A stretch of 64,000 nucleotides of DNA. Source: Pseudomonadota bacterium. Lineage in GTDB: Bacteria > Myxococcota > JACRCW01 > JAFGSX01. The notes beneath the pieces are model-generated. The model ran no database searches. It saw only the letters and a list, made by a program, of their open reading frames with translations, and was not told the DNA's origin. The translations under genes were made by a program, and so were the position numbers. Positions 1 through 9,387 of this stretch are shown piece by piece (the stretch's first letter is position 1; each line of letters opens with the position of its first letter). The stretch is taken from positions 255,936 through 319,935 of the forward strand of contig JBDRCO010000003.1 in the NCBI GenBank assembly GCA_043821645.1. Reading direction: 5' to 3'.

Positions 1-1
1 T

Positions 2-352
2 CTGCTGTTCAAGTACGGGGTCGGTCACGTCCAGGCCATCGAGGTCCAGGGCCGTGGGGTGTCAGGGCGCGTGCGCGGGGTTCGCATCGTCGGGGATCAG
101 CAGCGCGTGGTGATCCAGCGCGAGTGGCCAGTGCGGCAGGCCCTGGGTCTGCTCAACTCCGGTGCCTTCGTCGTCGACGAGGAGCGCGATGCCAAGGGCG
201 TGCTCACCGCCTTCTTGTTCCGGGGCATGGGATGGGGGCATGGCGTGGGCATGTGCCAGATCGGCGCCATTGGCATGGCCGAGGCGGGCCAGAACTACCG
301 CGCCATTCTCGAGCACTACTACAACGGGGCACAGGTCCGGTCTTTGTATTGA
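2..352 (+). CDS. SpoIID/LytB-domain lytic transglycosylase, 5' truncated by window edge
   Basis: C-terminal SpoIID motif FRGMGWGHGVGMCQIGAIGMAEAG..Y..ILEHYY; frame is open from base 2. Confidence 0.9.
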   Translation: MLFKYGVGHVQAIEVQGRGVSGRVRGVRIVGDQQRVVIQREWPVRQALGLLNSGAFVVDEERDAKGVLTAFLFRGMGWGHGVGMCQIGAIGMAEAGQNYRAILEHYYNGAQVRSLY

Positions 353-393
353 GCGACCTGGCAGGTCCCGTCGGGCTTCACCCCGCCAGCAGG

Positions 394-1278
394 TCACGGC
401 GGGGGTTGCACGACGGCCCAGCTCGAGAATTCACGAATCAGCTCGGCGCCTGCTCCCTGGGTCGCGTCGCTGGCCAGCTCGGAGATCTCATCTGGCGAGG
501 CGCGGCCGCTGACGCTCGCGGCGGCGGTGACCTGGGTCGACAGGCGCATGGTGCGCTGGGGGAGCTCCGCCACGGTCAGGTGGCACTGCACGTCGACGCG
601 ACTCTCCCCTCCGTCGACACGCTCGGTCACGCTGCGTACCTGGGCGATGAGCTGGTAACGGCGCCGGAGTGCGCCCAGGGCCATGGCGCGTTCCTTGAGC
701 CCCTCGTCCAGGCCCCGGCGCAGCGCCACGTCGAGCCCCTTGTGGCCACTGTTCGAGCTGTCGGTGACCGTCCCGATCTCGGCTGTCCCGGAGCTCCCCT
801 CGCTGCGCTGGCGCAGGCCCTGGGTTCCCTTGAGCACGCGCTGGGCGAGGCGTGCCCGGCGCCGTACCATGTCGTCCTCGTCGCGAAGTGCACGCTCGAT
901 CGCAGGCAGGGCGGCGGGGTCCCCCATGGCCATGAGTGCGTCACAGGCCGCAGCGCGCACCAGGGCATCTTCATCCTTGAGCAGGCCCTCGATGGCAGGT
1001 CTGGTCGAGGGATCTCGCAATTCCGCCAGCGCAGCGGCGGCCTGGATGCGCACCTTGAAGCGGGGGTCCGCGAGCAGTTGCACGAGACGTTCACGCGAGG
1101 CCGCGGCGAGCACCTGGCTGCCGAGCACGAGGACCAGACCGAGCACGACGACGGCACGCCACCGTCCAGGGATCTGGTCCCACCATCGCGAGCTGCTGGC
1201 GCCTTGCTCTGTCACCGCATCAATGTCGCGCGAGGCGCTGGCCCACGCAAGCGCGAAGCATGCCCTTTTCGCGACCAC
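394..1278 (-). CDS. HEAT-repeat exported protein
   Basis: Hydrophobic N-terminal segment then HEAT repeats (DPRFKVRIQAAAAL, DEDALVRAAACDAL, DEDDMVRRRA); true start may be GTG near 1215. Confidence 0.8.
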   Translation of the reverse strand: MVAKRACFALAWASASRDIDAVTEQGASSSRWWDQIPGRWRAVVVLGLVLVLGSQVLAAASRERLVQLLADPRFKVRIQAAAALAELRDPSTRPAIEGLLKDEDALVRAAACDALMAMGDPAALPAIERALRDEDDMVRRRARLAQRVLKGTQGLRQRSEGSSGTAEIGTVTDSSNSGHKGLDVALRRGLDEGLKERAMALGALRRRYQLIAQVRSVTERVDGGESRVDVQCHLTVAELPQRTMRLSTQVTAAASVSGRASPDEISELASDATQGAGAELIREFSSWAVVQPPP

Positions 1279-1341
1279 AGGTGCGCGCTAGGCTGCAGCT
1301 GGCGCAGCGTCTCTCCCGGCTGCGACCAAGCCGAGAGGTGA

Positions 1342-2913
1342 GTGGTGGGCCAGATTCTTCGCGACCAGACCGAGGACCTGCAGCGACGCATTGCCAAGAT
1401 CCAGCAGATGGGTGGCGCGGAGGCGGTGGCCAAGCAGCACGGCCGCGGCAAGCAGACTGCCCGCGAGCGCGTCGATGCGCTGTTCGACGCCGGCAGCTTC
1501 GTCGAACTCATGATTCACGGACGCTCGCAGTCGACCTCGCCCATGATGGCGGGCAAGGAGACTCCCGCCGATGGCGTGATCTGTGGTCATGGGCTGGTCG
1601 ACGGGCGGCGGGCCGCAGTCATCGCCTACGACTTCACCGTCATGGCCGGTTCCATTGGCCAGGTCACCGAACTCAAGTGTCAGCGGCTGCGCTCCATGGC
1701 CATCGAGGAGCGCATGCCTGTCATCTGGTTGCTGGACTCCGCGGGTGCGCGGGTGCAGGAAGTAGCCACGGCCTTCTTCGCCGGCAGCGGGCAGATGTTC
1801 TACGACCAGGTCGTGATGTCGGGCCTGGTTCCCCAGGTCGCCGCGATGATGGGACCCTGCGCCGCTGGCACGGCCTACGTTCCCGGGCTCGCGGATTTCG
1901 TACCCATGGTCAAGGGCACCAGCTCGATGGCGCTGGCAGGACCGCACCTGGTCAAGGCTGCGACCGGCGCGGACTACACCTCCGAGGAACTCGGCGGCAG
2001 CAAGCTTCACACCCGCGAGTCGGGGGTCGCAGACCTCGAGGTCGCCGACGACTCTGCCATGATGGACGTCGTCAAGCGCTTCTTGTCGTTCTTCCCCTCG
2101 CACTGCGACGAGCCTCCACCGCGGCGGCCCTGTGCGGATCCCGTGGAGCGCGCACCCGACGAACTGCTGGACCTGGTGCCGGACAACCCGCGGGCGCCCA
2201 TGGACATGCGGCGTGTCATCGAGCTGGTGGTGGACCAGGTCGACGGGCAGGCAGATCTTCTCGAGCTCAAGCCCAAGTGGGGCAAGGCCATCCTCACCAC
2301 CCTGGCGCGTCTGGACGGCCAGCCCGTGGGTCTGGTGGCCTCGAACAGCAGCCACATGGGTGGCATCCTGACCAATGATCCTGCGGACAAGGCCGCGCGT
2401 TTCATCAACCTGTGCGACGCCTTCGGCGTGCCCCTGATCTTCCTGCAGGACGTGCCAGGCTTCATGGTCGGCCCCAAGACCGAGAAGGAGGGCATCATCC
2501 GCCACGGCGCCAAGATGCTGTACGCGGTCAGCCGGGCCAGCGTGCCCAAGCTCACGGTGGTGGTGCGCAAGGGCTACGGCGCGGGCTACTACGTGATGTG
2601 TGGCAAGGGCTACAGACCCGACCTCATCGTGGCCTGGCCCGGAGCCGAGGTCAGCGTCATGGGGCCCGAGGGCGCGGTCAACATCGCCTTTCGCAAGCAG
2701 ATCGAGGCCAGCGACGATCCCGATGCCACCCGGGCGGCCCTGGTCGCGCAGTTTAGGGACATGATCAATCCCTACGAGCCGGCGAGCTGGACCTTTCTGG
2801 ACGACGTCATTGACCCGCGTCGCACGCGGCAGGTGCTGATCCAGGGCTTGCGCATGGCCGCGCACAAGCGGACCGAGTGGCCCGCCCGCCGCCATGGCGT
2901 CATGCCTGTGTGA
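1342..2913 (+). CDS. Acyl-CoA carboxylase carboxyltransferase (beta) subunit, PccB-like
   Basis: GKQTARER, DSAGARVQE, GPCAAG, DVPGFMVG..GIIRHGAK, RKGYGAG motifs; GAGAGG RBS. Confidence 0.93.
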   Translation: MVGQILRDQTEDLQRRIAKIQQMGGAEAVAKQHGRGKQTARERVDALFDAGSFVELMIHGRSQSTSPMMAGKETPADGVICGHGLVDGRRAAVIAYDFTVMAGSIGQVTELKCQRLRSMAIEERMPVIWLLDSAGARVQEVATAFFAGSGQMFYDQVVMSGLVPQVAAMMGPCAAGTAYVPGLADFVPMVKGTSSMALAGPHLVKAATGADYTSEELGGSKLHTRESGVADLEVADDSAMMDVVKRFLSFFPSHCDEPPPRRPCADPVERAPDELLDLVPDNPRAPMDMRRVIELVVDQVDGQADLLELKPKWGKAILTTLARLDGQPVGLVASNSSHMGGILTNDPADKAARFINLCDAFGVPLIFLQDVPGFMVGPKTEKEGIIRHGAKMLYAVSRASVPKLTVVVRKGYGAGYYVMCGKGYRPDLIVAWPGAEVSVMGPEGAVNIAFRKQIEASDDPDATRAALVAQFRDMINPYEPASWTFLDDVIDPRRTRQVLIQGLRMAAHKRTEWPARRHGVMPV

Positions 2914-2938
2914 GAAATCGATCGAAACGGGAGCCGTC

Positions 2939-3253
2939 ATGAAACACGCGATCTTCTCGACCCTCCTGGGCCTTGCCCTGCTCGGCCTCGCAGCCTGCGC
3001 CGCGGAGCTCGGCGATTCCTGCGGACCCGGTGTGAGCTGCCCCTCGGGGGCCGTGTGCCGCGACAACCTGTACCTCGAGGACCTGTGCAAGGAGGGTGTG
3101 GTGCCGGTCGAGGGCAGTGGCCCGGATGCGTACTGCACGGTGATGTGCGAGACCTCCGCGGACTGCAGCGAGCTGCCGAACAGCGACGGTTGTCTGCACG
3201 ATCCTCGCAGCAATCGCCTGCTGTGCAAGCCGGACTGCAGTGCCTACAAGTGA
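2939..3253 (+). CDS. Small Cys-rich lipoprotein
   Basis: Signal MKHAIFSTLLGLALLGLAAC with lipobox; Cys-rich mature part with YCTVMCETSADC; GGAG RBS. Confidence 0.75.
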   Translation: MKHAIFSTLLGLALLGLAACAAELGDSCGPGVSCPSGAVCRDNLYLEDLCKEGVVPVEGSGPDAYCTVMCETSADCSELPNSDGCLHDPRSNRLLCKPDCSAYK

Positions 3254-3278
3254 CCCCTTCGCGCACCGAGGAACACCC

Positions 3279-4151
<873 letters not shown>

Positions 4152-4155
4152 GCGC

Positions 4156-4608
4156 TCAGCACCCGGAACGCACAGGCGCCGGCGTCGAGCCACCACTGCA
4201 GCCCGACGACACCGGGCGGGAGCTGCTCGAGGAGCTGCTGGTGCGCCGCGGCGCTGTGCGGGGCCTGGGAACCTTGCCCTCAGCCACGGCGTCGAGCAGG
4301 CGAACACCCAGGGGCGACAGGCGCTGGGCCTCCCCGTAGCCGATCTCGCCATCCTGGTTGGCGTCGATGCGGGCCACGGTGGCCCCGACGGTCTCGAGCG
4401 CCTTCTTCATCTTGTTGACCGAGGCGTAGCGCTGGGCGGCGGCGCTGCATCCCGTCGTCACCGAGCCGTCTTTTGCCACCGCGGCCAGAAAGGGATCCTC
4501 GATCTCGTCCTTCTTGATCTTGGTGCGGCCGTCCGCCAGCTTCTCGAGTTGCTTCTTGTAGGCCTCGATGCCCTTCATGGCGGCGTCCGTGCGAACTCTG
4601 TTGCTCAT
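4156..4608 (-). CDS. 150-aa protein with EF-hand-like domain, Ser-rich linker and (S/T)GC motifs; candidate radical SAM substrate
   Basis: GGAGG RBS in the 11-nt gap after the radical SAM stop; DANQDGEIGYGE loop; tail SSSSSSSRPVSSGCSGGSTPAPVRSGC. Confidence 0.75.
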   Translation of the reverse strand: MSNRVRTDAAMKGIEAYKKQLEKLADGRTKIKKDEIEDPFLAAVAKDGSVTTGCSAAAQRYASVNKMKKALETVGATVARIDANQDGEIGYGEAQRLSPLGVRLLDAVAEGKVPRPRTAPRRTSSSSSSSRPVSSGCSGGSTPAPVRSGC

Positions 4609-4619
4609 GATCCCTCCGG

Positions 4620-5963
4620 TTAAAAGGTCGATACCTCGACGCTGTTGAGAACGCCTGAATCCCTGACAGATGCCGATACCCCGGCACCCGGCCGGGCTGG
4701 CAGTCGATCACACCAGCTATCCGCGGCGCCGATGCAGCCGTGCGCGTCGAGCGCGCGGACGCGGCAGCCACCGCGGCAGATCTCGAGACGATCGCAGTGC
4801 GCGCACTCGTCTGGCGCCTGCAGTGCGCGCAGGGCCTTGAACGACGCACCCTCGCGCCACAGCTGCAGCAGGCTGTGCTCGCGCAGTGTGCCCGCTGCAT
4901 GGCCCGCAGGAAGGTTGAGACAGGGTGTGACCACACCCGAGGGGGTCACACCGGCGACGATGCGTCCGGCCACACAGCCGAAGCCTTCGAAGTCCGGAGC
5001 TGTGCGCTCGTCGGGGTGAGGCGCGTCCAGGATCAGATCGCTTCCGGCCGCTGCGGCTCGCGCCTGCTCGACGGCCAGGACAAAGGACGCCCGATCACAG
5101 CTCAGCGCGTTCCCGTCGCGCAATGCCTCGCCCGCGGGATAGGCCGGCCGCAGCAGCAGGACCCGCGCTCCCTCGTGGTGCGCCAGGGCCACCATCTCGC
5201 CGACCCGGGAGCGGTTGAGCGGCGTGACCGTGAAGGAGATCGCGAAACCCGGTGCGTAGTGTCGGCGAAGCAGCTGCAAGCCACGCAAGGTCCTGTCGAA
5301 ACTGCCCGCGCCGCGCATGCTGTCATTGGTAATTGCGTCGGGACCGTCGAGGCTCACCGCCAGGCCTGCCGGCTGGACCTCGGCGAGCCGCGACAGGATC
5401 TCGACCTGCAGCCGCGAGCCGTTGGTGTGCACGAAGCAGTCGATGCCCCGCTGCCGGGCATGGCCTACCACCTCGACGAGCTCGGGACGGAGGAAGGGCT
5501 CGCCGCCTCCCAGCACCAGCTTGAGGCAGCCGATGTGCGCCAGCTCGTCGACCAGTGCCAGCAATTCGGGCAACGACAGCTCGTCGTTCGCCCGCCGGCC
5601 GCTGCTCGAGTAGCAGTGGCTGCACGAGAAGTTGCAGGCCTGGGTCAGACCCAGGTGCAGCACCAGCGGCGCCGCGGCCGCGCCGTCCAGCGGTTCGAGC
5701 TCCACCAGGTCCGCGTCGAGGGTCGAGGCCGGATCGATCGCGGTGAGTTCTCCGACTCTCGTGGCCGCCAGCGCTGTCCGTTCGGGGCCACAGGCCCGGG
5801 CCAGCACGGGGAGGACCTGGTGCAGGGGCCGGTGCCGGTTCTCGACAAGGGCGAAGCATTCGGCCGCGTCCAGGGCATGGTACTGGTGCGCAGCGCGGTC
5901 GTAGAGCAGACCGCGGGTCCCCTCGATGCGCAGCGCATGGCGTGGCACGGCGGCTGGGCTCAA
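4620..5963 (-). CDS. Radical SAM/SPASM protein (PqqE/MftC-like architecture) with possible N-terminal RRE
   Basis: CNFSCSHC, GGEPFLR, SLDG; SPASM cysteines CVAG..TPC, CAHC...CRGGC, DSWC; N-terminal GLLYD...YHALD is PqqD/RRE-like; TTG start uncertain. Confidence 0.9.
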   Translation of the reverse strand: MSPAAVPRHALRIEGTRGLLYDRAAHQYHALDAAECFALVENRHRPLHQVLPVLARACGPERTALAATRVGELTAIDPASTLDADLVELEPLDGAAAAPLVLHLGLTQACNFSCSHCYSSSGRRANDELSLPELLALVDELAHIGCLKLVLGGGEPFLRPELVEVVGHARQRGIDCFVHTNGSRLQVEILSRLAEVQPAGLAVSLDGPDAITNDSMRGAGSFDRTLRGLQLLRRHYAPGFAISFTVTPLNRSRVGEMVALAHHEGARVLLLRPAYPAGEALRDGNALSCDRASFVLAVEQARAAAAGSDLILDAPHPDERTAPDFEGFGCVAGRIVAGVTPSGVVTPCLNLPAGHAAGTLREHSLLQLWREGASFKALRALQAPDECAHCDRLEICRGGCRVRALDAHGCIGAADSWCDRLPARPGAGVSASVRDSGVLNSVEVSTF

Positions 5964-6041
5964 GAGGCGCTCCTGGTGAAGGCGAACCGGTCCATAATAT
6001 ATTGTCCGCGCCCTAGATTTGGCCTCCCGGCGCCCGGCTGC

Positions 6042-7721
6042 TCAATGCCGGTTCTTGGGCCGGCGCCGGCGGCGTCGCTTCTTCTTTTTCTTCTTCTTCT
6101 TGACGCCCTGGTCTCGACTGCTCGCGTCGAGCTGTTCCGGGGCGGGGGGAGCGGCATCGCCGGAGCCTGCAGGCACGCCACTGTCGACGGGCAGGCCGGC
6201 GTCGACAGGCAGGGGGGCACCAGCGTCCGCGTCGTCTGCGTCGGAAACCAGCCCGGGCAGAGGGCCCACATCGAGGACCAGCGAGCCCACGGCGAGCACG
6301 ACCAGGACCCCGCCCAGGAAGGCCACGATACGGGGCCAGCGCCGCTCGCGGACCCGCGTGCCGTGCAGGGTGCCGGGTGGTGCGTCAAGCCTTGGCGGAT
6401 GTGTGGCGCCGGCCAGCGATGAGTCCTCACCTGGTTGCCACAGGGGTCTCTCGCCGGTGGGCTGTGCACCCTCGAGGCGCGAGCCGTCGAGGTGGCGCAG
6501 CGCCACGTGCACGCCCGAGGCCTGCAGGTTGGTGACGATGTTGGTGGCGCGGTGGTGAATGTTGCTGACCTCGCGCCAGTGGGTCGGCGGCGTGAAGCCC
6601 GTGACCATCGTGCTCGACGAGGCCTCCTCGGGGGCGTCCATCTCCAGGGTGCCGCCATGGCCCGCCACGGCCATCGCCGGAGGGGGCAGGGGGGCGGCCG
6701 CCGGCAGGCTCTGGGGACCGCTCAGGCTCTCGACCCACACCCTCAGGGAGTCCGTCTCCTTGGGATAGAGCTGATTCATGAACGCGGCCACGTGTCGCGA
6801 CGTCACGGCCGGACCGCTGTCGCTGATGAAGCGCTCGAGGGCCTGCCGCAGCTCGTCGGCACTGCGATAGCGCTGGTCGCGATCGCGCGCGAGGCAGCGC
6901 AGGCAGATGGCCTCGAGGCCGGCGGGGATCTGCGCATTGTACGACCGCGGTGGTCGAGGTTCGCTGCGCATCATCTGTTCGATGAGCTGGTCGGTCGAGC
7001 GCACCGAGTAGGGAAACTGCGCCGTCAGGAACAGGTACAGCGTGACCCCCAGGGCGTACAGGTCGGCGCGTGCGTCCAGCGCCTCGCCGCGGATGGCCTC
7101 GGGTGCCAGGTAGTTGAGCTTGCCCTTGACCACGCCATGCTGGGTGGTGTCAGGCGTCATGCGCGCCTTGGCCACCCCGAAGTCCACGACCTTGACCCGG
7201 CCGTCGAAGCACACGATCACGTTCTCCGGGCTCATGTCCCGGTGCACCAGTCGCAGTGGCTGACCCTGGGCATCGGTGAGAATGTGGGCGTGGTGGAGAC
7301 CGGCCGCGGTGTCGGCGACGATGCGCGCCAGCACCGTGTGCGGGACCCAGAAGCCGCCGGTGTCACAGGTCTTGCCCACAGCGAGCAGGGTCTTGCCGTT
7401 GAGAAACTCCATGGCCAGCAGCAGCTCGCCCTCGGTGCGCGCCAGCTCGTGCACGTCCACCACGCTGCCGTGATGGATCATCGACGCCAGCTGTGCCTCG
7501 TTGACGAACATGGTCTCGAAGCGCGGATCCGCCAGCAGGTGTGGCCGCACACGCTTGAGGACCACCACCTGATCCGTGGGTGGCCGCTCGAGATCGCGCG
7601 CCAGGTAGACCTCGGCCATGCCACCCTCGGCCAGCAGGCCCAGGACCCTGTAGTGCAGCAGGACCTGGCCTGGCAGGAGAGGCACGGTACTTGTCAGGTC
7701 GGTGGTCATGGTCGATGCCAT
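6042..7721 (-). CDS. Membrane-anchored Hanks-type Ser/Thr protein kinase
   Basis: GGMAEVY, VVLK, HRDMSPEN, DFG, YLAPE motifs; one TM helix (IVAFLGGVLVVLAVGSLVL); polybasic C-terminus; start 7721 or 7709. Confidence 0.93.
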   Translation of the reverse strand: MASTMTTDLTSTVPLLPGQVLLHYRVLGLLAEGGMAEVYLARDLERPPTDQVVVLKRVRPHLLADPRFETMFVNEAQLASMIHHGSVVDVHELARTEGELLLAMEFLNGKTLLAVGKTCDTGGFWVPHTVLARIVADTAAGLHHAHILTDAQGQPLRLVHRDMSPENVIVCFDGRVKVVDFGVAKARMTPDTTQHGVVKGKLNYLAPEAIRGEALDARADLYALGVTLYLFLTAQFPYSVRSTDQLIEQMMRSEPRPPRSYNAQIPAGLEAICLRCLARDRDQRYRSADELRQALERFISDSGPAVTSRHVAAFMNQLYPKETDSLRVWVESLSGPQSLPAAAPLPPPAMAVAGHGGTLEMDAPEEASSSTMVTGFTPPTHWREVSNIHHRATNIVTNLQASGVHVALRHLDGSRLEGAQPTGERPLWQPGEDSSLAGATHPPRLDAPPGTLHGTRVRERRWPRIVAFLGGVLVVLAVGSLVLDVGPLPGLVSDADDADAGAPLPVDAGLPVDSGVPAGSGDAAPPAPEQLDASSRDQGVKKKKKKKKRRRRRRPKNRH

Positions 7722-7821
7722 GCTACTAGAGCCTGGCCACCACACAAGAGGGGCGCGGTGGGGCTTGACGCGTCGGGCCGCTCCGGGTCATATGCGGTCG
7801 CAGAGACCGTCGAGGGCCCGC

Positions 7822-8361
7822 ATGTCGACCGAGCAGCAGACCATCCGCGACTTCATCGATACCGCGCGCAACGTGACGGCCGAGTCCTTCGAGAAGCGCT
7901 ATCTCCACCCCTTCTTGCTCGGGCGCGAGGTGCTCGAGGAGGAGTTCAGCTTCGCCACGGCCATCGCCACCGTCGACGAGATGGAAAGGGGTGACCGGCA
8001 GACCGGCCTGCGCATCCGGGACTGGGTGTTGCCGGTGCAGCGGCCCGAGGGGGCCAGCAAGGTCGGCAGCCTGCGCGTGTTCGTGGGACGGGCCTCGAAC
8101 AACGATCTGAGCATCCCCCATCCGACGGTGAGCAAGCTGCACGCTTATTTCACCCTGGAAGGCAGCCGCTGGTGGATCGTCGACGTGGGATCCTCCAACG
8201 GCACCACGGTCAATGGCATGAAGGCTCCCGCACGCGCCAAGACTGCCGTCTACGACAAGGATGTGGTGGTGTTCGGCCGCTGTGCCTTTTCGTTCCTGTT
8301 GCCGCGCAGCCTCTACGAGCTGGTCGCGAGCATGGCCAGTGCCATCCAGCCCACGGACTGA
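7822..8361 (+). CDS. FHA-domain protein
   Basis: FHA motifs VGR...NDL.IPHPTVSKLHA, DVGSSNGT.VNG. Confidence 0.9.
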   Translation: MSTEQQTIRDFIDTARNVTAESFEKRYLHPFLLGREVLEEEFSFATAIATVDEMERGDRQTGLRIRDWVLPVQRPEGASKVGSLRVFVGRASNNDLSIPHPTVSKLHAYFTLEGSRWWIVDVGSSNGTTVNGMKAPARAKTAVYDKDVVVFGRCAFSFLLPRSLYELVASMASAIQPTD

Positions 8362-8364
8362 GCG

Positions 8365-8904
8365 ATGAGCCAGGGTAACGAGCCCTTGCGGCTCATGAGT
8401 CTGCTGGAACTCGCGCGCAAGGCTACCCCTGACGTGTTTGCTGTGCGCCTGGGTGGCGGACCCGTGCTGGTGCGTCAACAGCCCGCGGAGGAGGACGAGG
8501 ACGGGTGGTCCTTCAACACCGCGTCCCGTCTGACCGCGGTGGTGGACACGGCGCCTGGTCGCGAGCTCGTGCTGCACAGTGATGATCTCGTGCACGTGGT
8601 GCGCAAGGCCCACGTGGGCGCGGCCTTTGCCCGCACCATTCTCATAGGTCGGGCAGACTCCAATGACATCCGGCTGCCACATCCCAGCGTGTCCAAGCTC
8701 CACGCTCGAATCCAGCGCGATCCTCAGGACCGCTACCTGCTGTCGGATGCAGCGTCCCAGAACGGGACCCAGGTCGAGGGTCGCCGACTGGAAGCGGACG
8801 AGTCCGTGGAACTCACCGAGGGTGCCTGGATTCGGATGGGGGACCTCAGCATGTGCTACCTCACCCTGGACCGCTTTTACGAGGTCGTCCGGCGCATCCA
8901 CTGA
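8365..8904 (+). CDS. FHA-domain protein (paralogue of the upstream gene)
   Basis: IGRADSNDIRLPHPSVSKLHA, SQNGTQVEG. Confidence 0.9.
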   Translation: MSQGNEPLRLMSLLELARKATPDVFAVRLGGGPVLVRQQPAEEDEDGWSFNTASRLTAVVDTAPGRELVLHSDDLVHVVRKAHVGAAFARTILIGRADSNDIRLPHPSVSKLHARIQRDPQDRYLLSDAASQNGTQVEGRRLEADESVELTEGAWIRMGDLSMCYLTLDRFYEVVRRIH

Positions 8905-9082
8905 CGGTTTGCGGATCGATCTGTCGAGATCAATTCGAGAATGTGCGGTAACTCTTGTGGTGTTCGAGTTTTTTTCTACCACCCGGCGCAATCCCGTCGT
9001 CACAGTGCCGCAGAACTGTCCGCCAGCGCAGATCCCGGTATAAAAAAACACAAAGCCATCTCGTGGGGTTGCGGTCTTGGGC

Positions 9083-9111
9083 TTGACTGAATCCGTGCCT
9101 CCCTCTATCAA
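9083..9111 (+). promoter_or_regulatory. Putative sigma70 promoter of nrdJ
   Basis: TTGACT-N17-TATCAA downstream of an A-tract. Confidence 0.5.
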
Positions 9112-9387
9112 CACCAGACGCTAAGAGAAGACACGACGACGGAACGGCGCTCGGAGGGGGAGGTCAGTCATCGCAGGGGCATCGAGAGAACGGGGCGCTG
9201 CTTCCTCGAACTCGATTCCGTTCCGGTCGCGTGACAGCTCGAGCACATCTAATTAAATCGTGGATTCGCAACGCAGCGGGCAGGGCGAATTCCTGTCGTG
9301 GTGTGGGCTCTTTGAGGCGAATCCGCGGAGCAGGACGTGAATCCGAATCCAGCTGACAAGGCGAATCCAGAAACCGGTGAGGCGACG

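Noticed and set aside
4620-5963. Assigning pqqE or mftC to the radical SAM gene
   Set aside because: No pqqA-D or mftA/B genes nearby; the similarity is only at the architecture level
9050-9068. NrdR box upstream of nrdJ (CAAAGCCATCTCGTGG)
   Set aside because: Only the right half resembles the consensus and no convincing tandem second box was found
9120-9387. Cobalamin riboswitch ahead of nrdJ
   Set aside because: No GGGAA / GCCACTG / B12-box signature seen; kept only as a generic structured leader
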